Of a stretch of 62,746 nt of DNA, positions 51,611-62,746 are shown piece after piece; the stretch's first letter is position 1, and every line of letters starts with the position of its first letter. A program made the translations under genes and the position numbers. The notes below the pieces were generated by a model. It made no database searches and was not told the DNA's origin. It saw nothing but the letters and a program-made list of their open reading frames with translations. The stretch is from Chiloscyllium plagiosum. Lineage: Eukaryota. Location of the stretch: positions 40,743,632 through 40,806,377 of the forward strand of contig NC_057718.1 in assembly GCF_004010195.1 (NCBI RefSeq), read 5' to 3'.

Positions 51611-52688
51611 GTATTAAGCCCTCGACAATGATTACTAAACTTAGTGATCTCGGACTAAGCCCCAGTCTTTGCAACTAGATCCTCAGTTTCCTAATTCACA
51701 GGCCACCTTCAGTGAAGGTTGGGGACAATATTTCATCCTTACTAACACTCAACACTGGAGCCCCCCACGTGTGTGTACAAAACCCCTATTGTACTCACTG
51801 TATACCCATGACTCCGTTGCCAAATACCAGACTAATGACATTCACAAGTTCACTGATGACACCACCGTAGTCAGTCAAATGTCAGATGGCGACGAAACAG
51901 ATGACAGATGGGAGGTGGAAAACCTGGAAAAATGGTGCACTGAGACCAACCTAGCTCTCAATGCCGTCAAAACCAAGGAACTCATTATTGATTTTCAGCA
52001 GGATGTTACTCATGCCCCCCCTATACATTAACAGCACAGGGGTGGAACGAGAGGAGAGTGTCAAACTCCCGGGAGAAGTCATCCACAACAAACTTTCTTG
52101 GACTCTTCATGTGGATGCATTGGTTACAAAGGCCCAACAGCATCTCTTCTTCCTCAGGCAGCTGAGGAAGTTTGGCATGACGGTGAATAGCCTTGCCAAT
52201 TTTCACAGGTGCGCCATCGAGAGCATTCTGTCTGGATGTATCACTACCTGGTATGGCAACTGTACCATTGAAGATCAGAGACGGTTACAGAGAGTGGTGA
52301 ACTTGGCCTGGACAATCTGCTATCTATAGAATCCATCTACCAGGCCCGCTGTCAAGGAAAGGCTGCCAGCATTCTCAAAGATCCATCCCACCCTGGCAAT
52401 GGTTTTCTACAACCTCTAACATTGGGGAGAAGGTACAGAAGCCTGAACACAAATACCAGCAGGCTTTGTAACAATTTCTACCCTACTGTTGTTAGAATAC
52501 TGAATGGACTCACAAACTCTTAATATTCGCCTGTACCTGTGTTTCTGTTTTTGCCACTGTTTACCTGATATTTACTATCTATGCTACTTAACTCTGTGAT
52601 CTGCCTGTATTGCTCACAAGACAAAGCTTTTCATTGTGCCTCAGTATACGTGACTATAAATTCCATTCCATTCCATTCCATTCCGTTC
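51611..52688 (+). mobile_element. Rex1/Babar-type LINE 3' part inserted in minisatellite
   Basis: LYSLYTHD, HKFTDDTTVV, KAQQHLFFLRQLRKF, IESILSGCITTWYG; (TTCCA)n tail; homologous to 22725-23190. Confidence 0.9.
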
Positions 52689-52793
52689 CCAGACTCTCAC
52701 ACTCGCAGTGTTACTGCCAAACTCTCACACTCACTGTGTCACTACCAGACTCTCACAGTCGCAGAGTCACTGCCAGAATCCCACACTCGCAGT
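52689..52793. repeat. 28-bp minisatellite, ~4 more diverged units (right part)
   Basis: Same unit resumes in register after the LINE tail. Confidence 0.9.
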
Positions 52794-53599
52794 GGAGAGC
52801 AGGAGGATTGGGTAGTGTTGTGTTAACTAGGAGAGTCGTACAGAAGGCAGTAACTAGATAAGTGTTGGGTAGGAGGACAGGTTACTCCAACATGTTTTCA
52901 TTGGATCATGGATCAGATCAGATCTAAATTAAACAGGCCAATATACAATAGGGAATTTATGTTGTGCAAATACTTGGAGATGCATTAAAATGTGATGCAA
53001 GAGATAAATCAGAGCAACTTAATGTGAGGACTCGTGATTCATAAAAGAAGTAAAGCTATTTCAATTTAAAATGATGACAATATCACGTTGTGAATACATG
53101 CCTGACTAAGGTGTTCCTTTCATTCTTTTCCAAGCTTTGTGCTGTGGTTCCTCCTTCTTTCCTCCAGTTGCACTGCAGGCTGCCTGCTGGACACCAGGGC
53201 TTTTTTTCCTGTAGTGGATTTGGCAGTTGTTTTCTGATTGGCTGAGCCCTTGAGGGCCTTAGCACAGTGGCAGAAGGCTTATCTGTGAGTGTGGCATCTT
53301 GAGGTATAAGTGTCAGTGGCAGAGAGGGAGAGTGGAGGTGCCTTTATCAGAAACACCAGGAGAAGTGTTCCCCATTTGGGGCAGCAATGCCCATTCACCA
53401 TCCTGAAGGGTAATTGATGCTCCCTGCCTTCCTGTAAGAACCTGGAATTGACCGCAACTGCAGGGGCCTTTCCCCTTCTCACTTTGCCTCTGGGGACTGG
53501 AGGTCAGGGGCGTTGTGTTACAGTGCAGGGCATCCCTATTATCCGATCAGTGAGCTGCTGTCCATGACAGTGTATCAATGGAAGAAGCCCTACTTTCTC

Positions 53600-55207
53600 A
53601 AGCCTTACGGCATTGAGCAATGTAACAGGTATTCCTTGAGTGGACAATCACTGAAGGCCACTTGGAAAATAGTTGTGGGAACTTTAAATTTATACCAAAA
53701 AAACAACCTTGAGTGCTTTAGATCTACATGAGGCCCCTATGATTGTTGCTCCCTTCTCTCTCATACTGATTGCTGCACTGCATTGACTCCTTCGCTGTCT
53801 GTGCCAGTACAGCCTACCTCGCTGGAACCTCTATCACACTACACATCCAAGATCTATCACTTGATAGATGCCACAAGAAACTCTCCATCAGCCTAAAGTT
53901 CAATCTTTAAGGTGACGTCCAGTCTCATTTGGCTGACAGAGACCTGCTCATTCTCAAGATTTGACAACTAGTCTTGTGAATGTAATGTCCCCTCACATTG
54001 TGTTTGGATCAGATAACTCATGCACAACTGAGGTATGCTTTTCTGCATTGATGCTGGGGGGGGGGGGGTGGTGACAGTTCACCCTCTGAGAGTTCTTCCT
54101 TCCAGCATTTTCCTCAGCAGTTAACATTGGGCCTTAAGGACCTCAACTCCTGCATTTCATTTTTGGGGAAAATATCTTCCTCTGTGTCATCAAAGAACTT
54201 TCCGGAGATCAGAAGATCAGAAGTTATGATGTTCGCTGATGATTGCATTAGGTCCAGCATCATTCACGACTCTTCGGGTCCTGAAGCAGTCCGTGTCCAT
54301 TTGCAGCAAGACCTGGACAATGAACGGGTTTGTTCTGATGTGGGAAGTAACATTCATATCACATTGGTGTCAGACAATGACAGTCTCCAACAAGAAGAAC
54401 CTAAGCATCATCACTTGAAGTGTGTTGGTGTTTCCATCACTGATTAACAATTAAACAGGTTGGGACTCTATAACTGTTGATTAGAATACTATCAGGCAAG
54501 ATGTGGAAAGAAAACAAAGTTAAAAGGGTAGAATATTACTTTTTCTGAAGAAGTCTTATTCAGAAGGAAAGTGGGACAGGTATGTTCATGTGCCCTTTAA
54601 CTCTGTCAAGAAATAAGATACTGTTGGCATAAGAGTTCCCAAACTAGAAAACCATGTTCTGACCTAATAGCACACCAATACTTCAATCGATTTAATAGTT
54701 GTCCTTCAAAGCATTGTCTTTTATAAGGTGCATTTCCTCTGCAGCTGCCACCAACCTGTGCTAGGATATCTTTACATGTGAGGTAGAAAATGACAACATG
54801 GCCTTTCCCCTGAGACGTCTTCTCCCTGAAAGGCCTAATCATGGGCATCCCCTTCCCTGAGCTAGTTGGCCACCTCACCACTTGGCAAACGCTAATTGTC
54901 AAAACAGGCTTGATAATGTGTGAGGAAATAGAGTGGAGAGGTGTGAACAGACCATGTTTTTCCAGTTCCACCTCCTTCACCCCATCATGTGGAACACTAT
55001 CAAACTCTTTACTTCGATGAATGCACTGGGGACACTCTATTTAGTTGCTTACGGCATTGAGTGAGTTAACAGGCATTTCTTGGGGGGGAACCACTGCTGA
55101 AGGCCACCAGAAGATAGCTGTGTAAATTTTAAACCTATGCAAAAAAAAAATCTTGTGTGCTCCAGATCCACATGAGGCCCTTATGATTGTTTCCTCCTTC
55201 TCTCTCA
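53600..55207. repeat. Diverged ~165-bp direct repeat pair (53600-53763 and 55046-55207)
   Basis: Shared collinear blocks CTTACGGCATTGAG, TAACAGG, CTGAAGGCCAC, ACATGAGGCCC, TATGATTGTT, CCTTCTCTCTCA. Confidence 0.85.
54190..54445 (+). mobile_element. L2/CR1-superclade RT fragment
   Basis: RSEVMMFADDC..HLQQDLDN in ORF 54127-54447. Confidence 0.75.
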
Positions 55208-55958
55208 GCACGGGAGCCATGCTGATTTCCTGCTATGCCATAAATGGCAAATGGATTTATGGTAAACGTTTGTCACTTTTAACTCTCCAGCAGTGTTTAA
55301 ATGAACAGAAATAATTCAGGGCCATCTGATATAGATTTTGGATGGGCAGTTTCCTGACTTCATACTAAGCAGAGTCATAGAGTCATAGAAACCCTTAAGT
55401 CCAACTCATCCATGCCGACCAGATATCCTAAATTAATCTAGTCCTATTTGCCAACACTTGGCCCATATCCCTTTAAACCCTTCCTATTCATATATCCATC
55501 CAGATGCCTTTTAAATTTTGTAATTTTACCTGCCTATACCACTTCCTCTGGCAGCTCATTCCATACACGCACAACTCTCTGCATGAAAAAATTGCCCCTT
55601 AAGTCCCTTTTAAATCTTTCCCCTCTCATCCTAAATCTATGCCCTCTAGTTCTAGACTCCCTAACCCAGGGAAAATACCTTGTCTAGTTACCCTATCCAT
55701 GATCCTTATGCTTTTATAAACCTCGATAAGGTCACCCCTCAGCCTCTAATGCTCCAGGGAAAACAGCCCCAGCCTATTCAGCCTCTCCCTATAGCTCAAA
55801 TCCTCCAATGCTGGCAACATCCTTGTAAATCCTTTCTGAACTCTTTCGAGTTTCACAACATCTTTCCGACAGGAAGGAGACCAGAATTGCATACAATATT
55901 CCAACAGTGGCCTAACCAATATCTTGTACAGCTGCAACTTGACCTCCCAACTCCTGTA

Positions 55959-56160
55959 GGAGAAAGTGAAGGCTGCAGATGCTGGAGATCAGAGCTGAGA
56001 AGGTGTTGCTGGAAAAGCGCAGCAGGTCAGGCAGCATCCAAGGAACAGGAGAATCAACGTTTCGGGCATAAGCCTGAAGAAGGGCTTATGCCCGAAACGT
56101 CGATTCTCCTGTTCCTTGGATGCTGCCTGACCTGCTGCGCTTTTCCAGCAACACCTTCCA
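55959..56160. mobile_element. 202-bp fold-back PLE-terminus element with hammerhead motif
   Basis: 76-bp inverted arms 55999-56074 / 56083-56158 (one mismatch); TSD AACTCCTGTA at 55949-55958 and 56161-56170. Confidence 0.9.
56074..56101 (+). ncRNA. Minimal hammerhead ribozyme motif (PLE type)
   Basis: CTGAAGA-A-GGGC TTAT GCCC-GAAAC-GTC, identical to 13335-13362 (-). Confidence 0.65.
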
Positions 56161-56683
56161 AACTCCTGTACTCAATATTCTGACCAATGAAGGAAAGCAT
56201 ACTAAACGCCTTCTTCACTATCCTATCTACCTGAGACTTCACTTACAAGGAGCTATGAACCTGCACTCCAAGGTCTCTTTGTTCAGCAACACTCCCTAGG
56301 ACCTTACTTATACAGTGTATAAGTCCTGCTTTGATTTGCCTTTCCAAAATGCAGCACCTCACATTGATCAAAATTAAACACACTTCTTGGCCCATTGGCC
56401 CATCTAATCAAGATCCCATTGTAATCTGAGGTAAACTTCTTCACTGTCCACTACACCTCCAATTTTGGTGTCATCTGCAAACTTACTAACTATACCTCCT
56501 ATGTTCACATCCAAATTGTTTATATACATGTCGAAAAGCAGTGAGTAATTGTGAGTAAAGTTTGTTGAAAGTTGCCAAAGTTTGTCCCAATTTAGCTGTC
56601 AAATGGGTATTTTGAATGAATCTAACATATTTTATCTTCAATATATGTATTTGATTCTTGAAAACTTCTTTTTGAATAGTTAC

Positions 56684-56712
56684 GTATATATATATATGTA
56701 TATATATATATA
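56684..56712. repeat. (TA)n microsatellite, interrupted
   Basis: GTATATATATATATGTATATATATATATA. Confidence 0.9.
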
Positions 56713-57075
56713 CTTCAGTCCATGAGCGTTCTTTCATTTTATTTGAAGTGAAGCTAATTTGTGTGGGTGACGAAAAAAGCACTTCTTATTCTCTAGGTAT
56801 GTTGGCAACACTAATAATGCACGTTTCAGGGACATTATGTATCTTTCAAGATAAATAGCACTTAATAATAAAAATACTGGAGTATTCTCTATTGGTTACA
56901 ATCTTGGTAGAAATCAGTGGCTTTCTTTTTAAAGATGAACACTAAAATCTCAGACTTTTTACTAATAGCAAAAAACCTCAATGTTTCACCGTTTGAAATG
57001 GGATGATTTTTATTATTGATAAACATAAAACAAAGCAAGCACGCAGTATTATTGAAAGTAAGATCCTACACTTAA

Positions 57076-57413
57076 TAGAATAGAATCCACACAGTGTGGA
57101 AACTTCGGCCCAACAAGGCCACACTGACCCGCTGAAGAGTATCCCACCCAGACCTATTCCCCTATCCTATTACTTTTACATTCCCCTGACTCATGCACCT
57201 AACCTACACATCCCTGAACACTATGGGCAATTTCCCATGGCCAATTCACCTAACTTGCACATCTTTGCACTGTGGGAGGAAACTGAAGTACCTGGAGGAA
57301 ACCCACACAGACATAGGGAGAATGTGCAAGCTCCACACAGACAGTTGCCTGAGGCTGGAATTGAACCCAGGTCCCTGGTGCTATGAGGCTGCAGCACTAA
57401 CCACTGAGCCACT
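57076..57413 (-). mobile_element. HE1-like V-SINE
   Basis: AGTGGCTCAGTGGTTAGTGCTGCAGCCTCA head, V domain, ATTCT tail. Confidence 0.9.
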
Positions 57414-57589
57414 GAATTCTGTGATTCTAAATTACATAATCAAGAATAAGTTGAAAAAAGAAGTAAGAGGCTAAGTGTGGTTGATTGTAGTCTGTAATTT
57501 ACTCATTAAATGGCAGATGCAACTGAGATAAGGGTTTTGAATTGGTTTGGTTTTCCAGTCAGCATATATGTGGATATCAGCATATGTGA

Positions 57590-58003
57590 AATGAGTGGAC
57601 TGCCTTCTGAGGAAAGGCTAGACAGACCCGACTATATTCTCTAGAGTTTAGAAGAGTCAGAAGTGACTTAATTGAAACATACAAGATCCTGAGGGGACTT
57701 AACTGGGTAAATGTTCAAAGAATGCTTCCTCTATGGGAGAATCTAGAACTCAAGGTCATAGTTTAAAAATAAAGTAGCACCCATTTAAAATTAAGATCAG
57801 GCAACAGTTTACTCTCTCAGAGAGTTTGGAATTCCTTTCCTCAAAAGCCACAGGTGGATAGATTCTTGATTGCCAAGGGGATGAATGATTATTGCAGATA
57901 TGCAGGAATGTAGAGTTGAGAGTAAAATCGGATCAGCCACGATCTTTTTGAATAGCAGTGTAGTTAGGTGGGGCGAAGTGGCTTTCTCATGTTCCTTGTT
58001 CTT
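57590..58003 (+). mobile_element. Old CR1 3' fragment
   Basis: EERLDR..YSLEFRRVRSDLIETYKILRG. Confidence 0.8.
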
Positions 58004-59021
58004 ATGGCCATCAGCAATGTCAGACACAATGTCCTTCAAGACTCTGTCTTCCTCATGAAGTGTTTCAGCTCCCGTTCTCCTCGGATTTTACCTGATAACC
58101 CAGCCGATAGCAGCAGATAACCGCCATAGGTTTCAGGGCAAAGTCTTCATGAAAAGTCTTCATGTCCAGTTCTGCTAATGGTGTTTTGGACAGCATGGAT
58201 CCACAAATACTATATCTAAATATCATAAAAACCTGTAATGTCTGTATTTTTGCTTCCGTAACTAGCTCTTTCTTGTTCAACCTGTTGAAATCATATAACT
58301 ACCGAGATTGGATCGCTGTGTGCTCTTTTCTGGCTTCAGCCAGTTTCAGTCTCCCGAGAAGTTTGGATTGCAGTTGTACTTTCAGAAGTCATTTCCTTAG
58401 AAAGTGATTTTTTGTTTGTTTTCATTTTCAGTTTCCCTTTTCGGTTCACCTTTTCAGTTACAGTCAGCCTCGAAAGGTACACTTTTTCAAACCACAATTT
58501 TAACTCTTACTTTTAATTGCTATTCAATAAAATGTGTTATTATCGCTTAGCATTTTCCAGTTTTCCTTCTCCAAAAGAAAAACCTTTAAACAGCATAAAA
58601 AAAACAACAGTACTATCAGTACTCCAGTCAAATCCAGATCATTGCCCACAATCTCTGCCATCTGAAAACAATTTTAAAGTAAATAAGATTCTTTGAAATT
58701 CTTTTATTAAAGGACAGAATGTTTCCTGACTGTTTGAGTACAGCATATATGAAAAAATATGTGGCATTGAATGAATAGCAATTAAATCTGTTATTTGTTA
58801 AGATCTCTTTATTCAATAAATTCTTCCCAGTAAGATATTATTTTCTAATAAGAAACTTAGTTTCTTTGTCAAAATCCTTTCTTAAAATATAGTGAAACTG
58901 TCCACGCGAAAATAATACAGCATGCAGAACACTGGGAAAATTACATGATTTGAATGTACATTTAATAAATGCACCTCACTTTTAATGTATTTACTTCTTA
59001 TATTGTTACTTGAAACTTTTT

Positions 59022-59353
59022 AAAATTCATTCACAGTTGTGGGTATTGCTGGCTAGGCCAGCATTTCTTGCCCATCCTAACTGACAAATCCCTCAGAGGG
59101 CATTTAGGAGTCAATCACATTGTGGTGGGTCTGGAGTCACATGTAGGCCAGACCAGCTAATGATGGCAGATTCATCCTCTGAACCAGATGCGTTTTTCCC
59201 CAACAATTGAGATTGGAGTCATGGTCATCATTAGACTGTGAATTCCAGACTTTTTACTTTATTGAATTCACATTCCATCATCTGTCATGGTAGGCTTTGA
59301 ACCTTGTCTCTGGATGAACATTCAGTGATAATACCACAAGGCTGTTGCCTCCC
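59022..59353 (-). mobile_element. tRNA-derived SINE, near full length
   Basis: Best copy of the family at 4018 and 18148; minus strand GGGAGGCAACAGCCTTGTGGTATTATCACTG..GGTTCAAAGCC..GGCCTACATGTGACTCCAGACCCAC..ATGCTGGCCTAGCCAGC. Confidence 0.8.
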
Positions 59354-61069
59354 TATTAAAAATACAATTCTTGTATACTGGTGAACTCCACTAGTTTTGA
59401 TTTGCAACACTATAATACGAAATCAACTTCATACCTTCCAAATAAATGAGTGAAACAGTTATTGTCAAAGCATAACCATTTATAAAGAAAATACATCTTG
59501 GCATAATGGTACATTGTATCTTTGAGATCAAAGAAATTATATCTCCTGGTCTGTGCCTCATAGTGGATTGCTAAAGTACTTTTGATGGAAAAGATTGTAG
59601 TTCTCCATAATGTTGCAAACATATATATGAATGAAAAACGAAGTATCTGTTGTGCATTTAAAGTGACTGGAGGGATAAACAAGGCATGAAAATCAGCTCT
59701 GCAGCATGGCAGAGATAAGCACTATGGAAACACAGGCCCTCTGTAACACATGTGCATTATCCCTGCTGCTTCTGGTAGGTCCTGTGCATGCTGGGAAGGG
59801 CGCATGTGTAACTGAATTATGTTTGCGGGAAGTTTTCCAACTGACTCCATGTTAAGCTTTTCTAGTTGACTTGCTGCTTGGTGCTGAAATTATACTATAT
59901 AGACCCACTAAATGCTTTTATTGCAAGTTGTACTACAACTCATAGTCAGTATGTCAATATATAGTTAAGAGGTACAGTATGTCCACATATCTTTAATATG
60001 CACATGATATCGTTACTGAATCATAACCTGTGATCTGATGACATAAAGATTTCAGACTCCATCTTAACTTGGATCACATGTGAATGGAAGCACACTGTTC
60101 TTTGTAACCAAATAGTTTAACATGAAACCAGAAACTGATGTGCTATAAATGTACCATTGATGTACATTTTTAGCTGTGATAAATGTCTGTTAGATTGTTC
60201 AATACCATTTTATCCTTACCCGGTTTCTTATGTTATTACAACATAAGGAATGTAAAAATATTCTGCTGGAGGCACAACCTGCATCACATTTCACTTGCAA
60301 AAGAGCTTACATTCAAATGCAAAAGAAAAATCCCAAAATACTATTTTAAAGTTCTCTAGTCACTTTTCAGTTAAAGTAAGATGCACTAACTTCTGTTCTA
60401 GAGTGGGCATATGTCAAGTGAAATATTGGGGAGTTGCTAGACTTGGCCGGGAATATTGATGTCCTCACAAGGAAGACAGATAATTTAGTGGCTTACCCAA
60501 CAAAAGTTGCAACAGGTGTGGGTCTGGGGTTACGCCCGAAGCGTCAACTTCTGCACCTCCTGATGCTGCGTGGCTTGTTGTGTTCTGCTAGCCTTCTGCC
60601 TGTCTAGTGTGGGTCTGCAACAAGTCAAGGCTGAGGAGATGGGAAGCCCTGTGTGAGGAAAGGGGAAGAAGTGCTAGCAGAGGAAGTAGGGAAGACACAT
60701 CTAAGACTGCTTCACCCTGGGTTCATCTGTGAACATGTGAGTTCATCTTAAAACAGACTGTCGGAGAGGACAGTCTCATGGAGCTCAGTCGAGGAAGAGA
60801 AGAGACGTTTGGTTGCTTTTTTGTAAACAAAGCAGCTGATTAGTGAGTAGGATTGGGAGTATTCCTAGTCTTTAAATCAAAATAAGATCTTCAGTTTATG
60901 TTTAGGTCTCTCATCATTTTTCTCTCTTTTTCTTAAAAATAGCCTCTTCATTATGAGGTTGACACTGGTACAAAAGGAAAATAAGCACAATGAAGTCTAA
61001 AAGGTGGGAATTTTTCAAGTGGACAGAGTAAGGACTCTAGAATGATTAATTCATAACAAATAACATATG

Positions 61070-61590
61070 CTCAGAGATGGCAGGTTCGGTGATGCATTCC
61101 AGCTGCAGCATATGGGAGCAGCTGGACATCAATGTTACCCTGTGTGAATGAATCTGTAGCAACTGTTTGTAGTTCAAGTAATGGTTAAGGAATTGCAGAG
61201 CAAGATTTACCTGGATACTTTACTCTAGAAAGAGGTCACATGCCTTAGATTAGCTAATTCAAACATGGTTTGTGAAGAAGGGCGTGAGGGTGTGATATGG
61301 GTGAGGCAGGCATGGAGACCCAAGATATTGCTCTCAAGGAGCCTCTTTCAATGCAATTGTCTAACAGTTATGAGATTCTTGCAAACTGTGGATGAGAGTG
61401 AGAAATGCCAGGAGGATGTCAGAACCGACTACAAAACTTGGAGGTAGGGGCATTCAAGTAAGGCCGGGTGGAGGAAATAGGAATGTAGTAGTGGTAGAGG
61501 ACAGTATAATTCAAGGGATAGATACTGATCCCAGCAACCCTGCGCATGAGTCCTGAAAGCTGTGTTGCTCACATGGGGTCAAGTTTAAAG
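61070..61590 (+). mobile_element. Old CR1 ORF1 remnant (Zn-finger and SGNH esterase-like)
   Basis: SSCSIWE..ICSNC remnant and RNVVVVEDSIIQGIDT (GDS-motif homologue of CR1 ORF1 esterase). Confidence 0.6.
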
Positions 61591-61735
61591 TCATCTAATG
61601 AACTAATAGCACAAATAGATTAATGGGTATGATCTTAAGCAATATACAGATATGGTCATGAGGTGATCATGGCAGGGATATGTGATTTTTTTTTAAAGGA
61701 CAGGCAGAAAATGGAGTTTGGTGGACCAGCTTTGT

Positions 61736-61970
61736 TATAGATTAGATTAGATTAGATTATTTACAGTGTGGAAACAGGCCCTTCGGCCCAACAAGTCCAC
61801 ACCGACCCGCCGAAGCGCAATCCACCCAGACCCATTCCCCTACATTTACCCCTTCACCTAACACTACGGGCAATTTAGCATGGCCAATTGACCTAACCTG
61901 CACATTTTTGGACTGAGAGAGGAAACCGGAGCACCTGGAGGAAATCCACGCAGACATGGGGAGAATGTGT
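61736..61970 (-). mobile_element. HE1-like SINE lacking tRNA head
   Basis: (TAATC)n tail and V domain; 5' truncated at ~61970. Confidence 0.9.
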
Positions 61971-61999
61971 AATAATGTATAATGTATAATAAATGGATC

Positions 62000-62746
62000 A
62001 GATGATTTTGAATTGTGCAATTGGAAGTCAAAAATAACAAGGGAGAAAAGACCCAGGTTAGGACAGAGTTAGTTGGAGTGGACTGAGAAAGGAGTTTAGC
62101 CGTAAAGATCATTGAGGGAAAATAGAACATGTTTAAGAAAAGATGTCATGCCTAATACAAAGAAAATGAAGAAGAATGATTCTAGGAAGCAGGTAAACCA
62201 ACCATGGTTAATGAAGGAGGCTAAGGATAATATCAAACTGAAAGAAAAAAAAATACAATGTGACAAAGATTAGTGGTAAACCAGAGGATTGGACAAGTTA
62301 TGAGTCAACACATGATAACCAAAGAAAAGATAGAAAATAAACTGTAAGACAGGGTTAACAAACAATATAGATACGGACAATAAGAGCTTCTTTAAACACA
62401 TAAAAAAAGAAGAACAAGGCCAAAATGAACATCGGTCCCTTCGAGAATGAAGCTAAGCAAATAATAATGGCATACCAGAAAGTGGCAGAAGTTCTGAATA
62501 AATACTTTGTGTATCAGTTTTCATGGTAGAAGACACTAATAGCATTCCAAAAATACTTTAAAATTAAAGTTCAAAGTGAGGAATGGTGGAAACAAATACA
62601 AGAGGTATCATTAGAGAAAAATGACAAGAGACACGAATGGGGCTACAGGCTGAAGGGTTCCCAAGGAATTGCATCCTAAGGTTTTATAGGAAGTAGCTCC
62701 TCAGATAGTGGGCAGTAATCTTGCAAGAAAACTTAGATGCTGGAAA
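62000..62746 (+). mobile_element. Old CR1 ORF2 linker fragment, runs off window
   Basis: NQPWLMKEAKDNIKLK, DNKSFFKH, EVAEVLNKYF, LHPKVL. Confidence 0.75.

Larger units (their letters stand above)
55372..56541 (-). mobile_element. CR1/HER1-like LINE 3' part, interrupted
   Basis: LVRPLLEYCMQFWSP, SKFADD, (ATGACTCT)n tail at 55372-55387. Confidence 0.94.

Noticed and set aside
51235..51678. Three overlapping His/Cys/Thr/Ser-rich ORFs
   Set aside because: Produced by a stop-free 28-bp minisatellite cycling through frames; not evidence of a protein.
54056..54068. Poly-G run and G-rich PLE strands as G-quadruplexes
   Set aside because: Low-complexity or intrinsic repeat composition; no locus-specific evidence.

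Overview
Eukaryotic, AT-rich, repeat-dense non-genic (intronic or intergenic) DNA. The repeat set (HE1-like V-SINEs, HER1/CR1 LINEs, Deu-domain SINE, Penelope-like elements) points to a shark/elasmobranch genome; this is inferred from recognised families, not a database search. No intact host gene is recognisable. The recognisable ORFs in the track are decayed retroelement fragments (CR1, L2-clade, Rex1/Babar, RTE, Penelope) or artefacts of N gaps and a minisatellite. Most notable: (1) minimal hammerhead-ribozyme motifs in the termini of at least two Penelope-like (PLE) families; (2) three short fold-back insertions made only of PLE termini, each with a target-site duplication (TSD); (3) head-to-tail stacking of CR1 3' ends; (4) a Rex1 LINE inside a 28-bp CACAGTG-containing minisatellite; (5) an LTR with polypurine tract just upstream of minus-strand splice acceptors; (6) a Myb/SANT (Harbinger ORF1-like) relic; (7) candidate regulatory blocks and micro-exons in unique DNA. 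Boundaries of old repeats are approximate.
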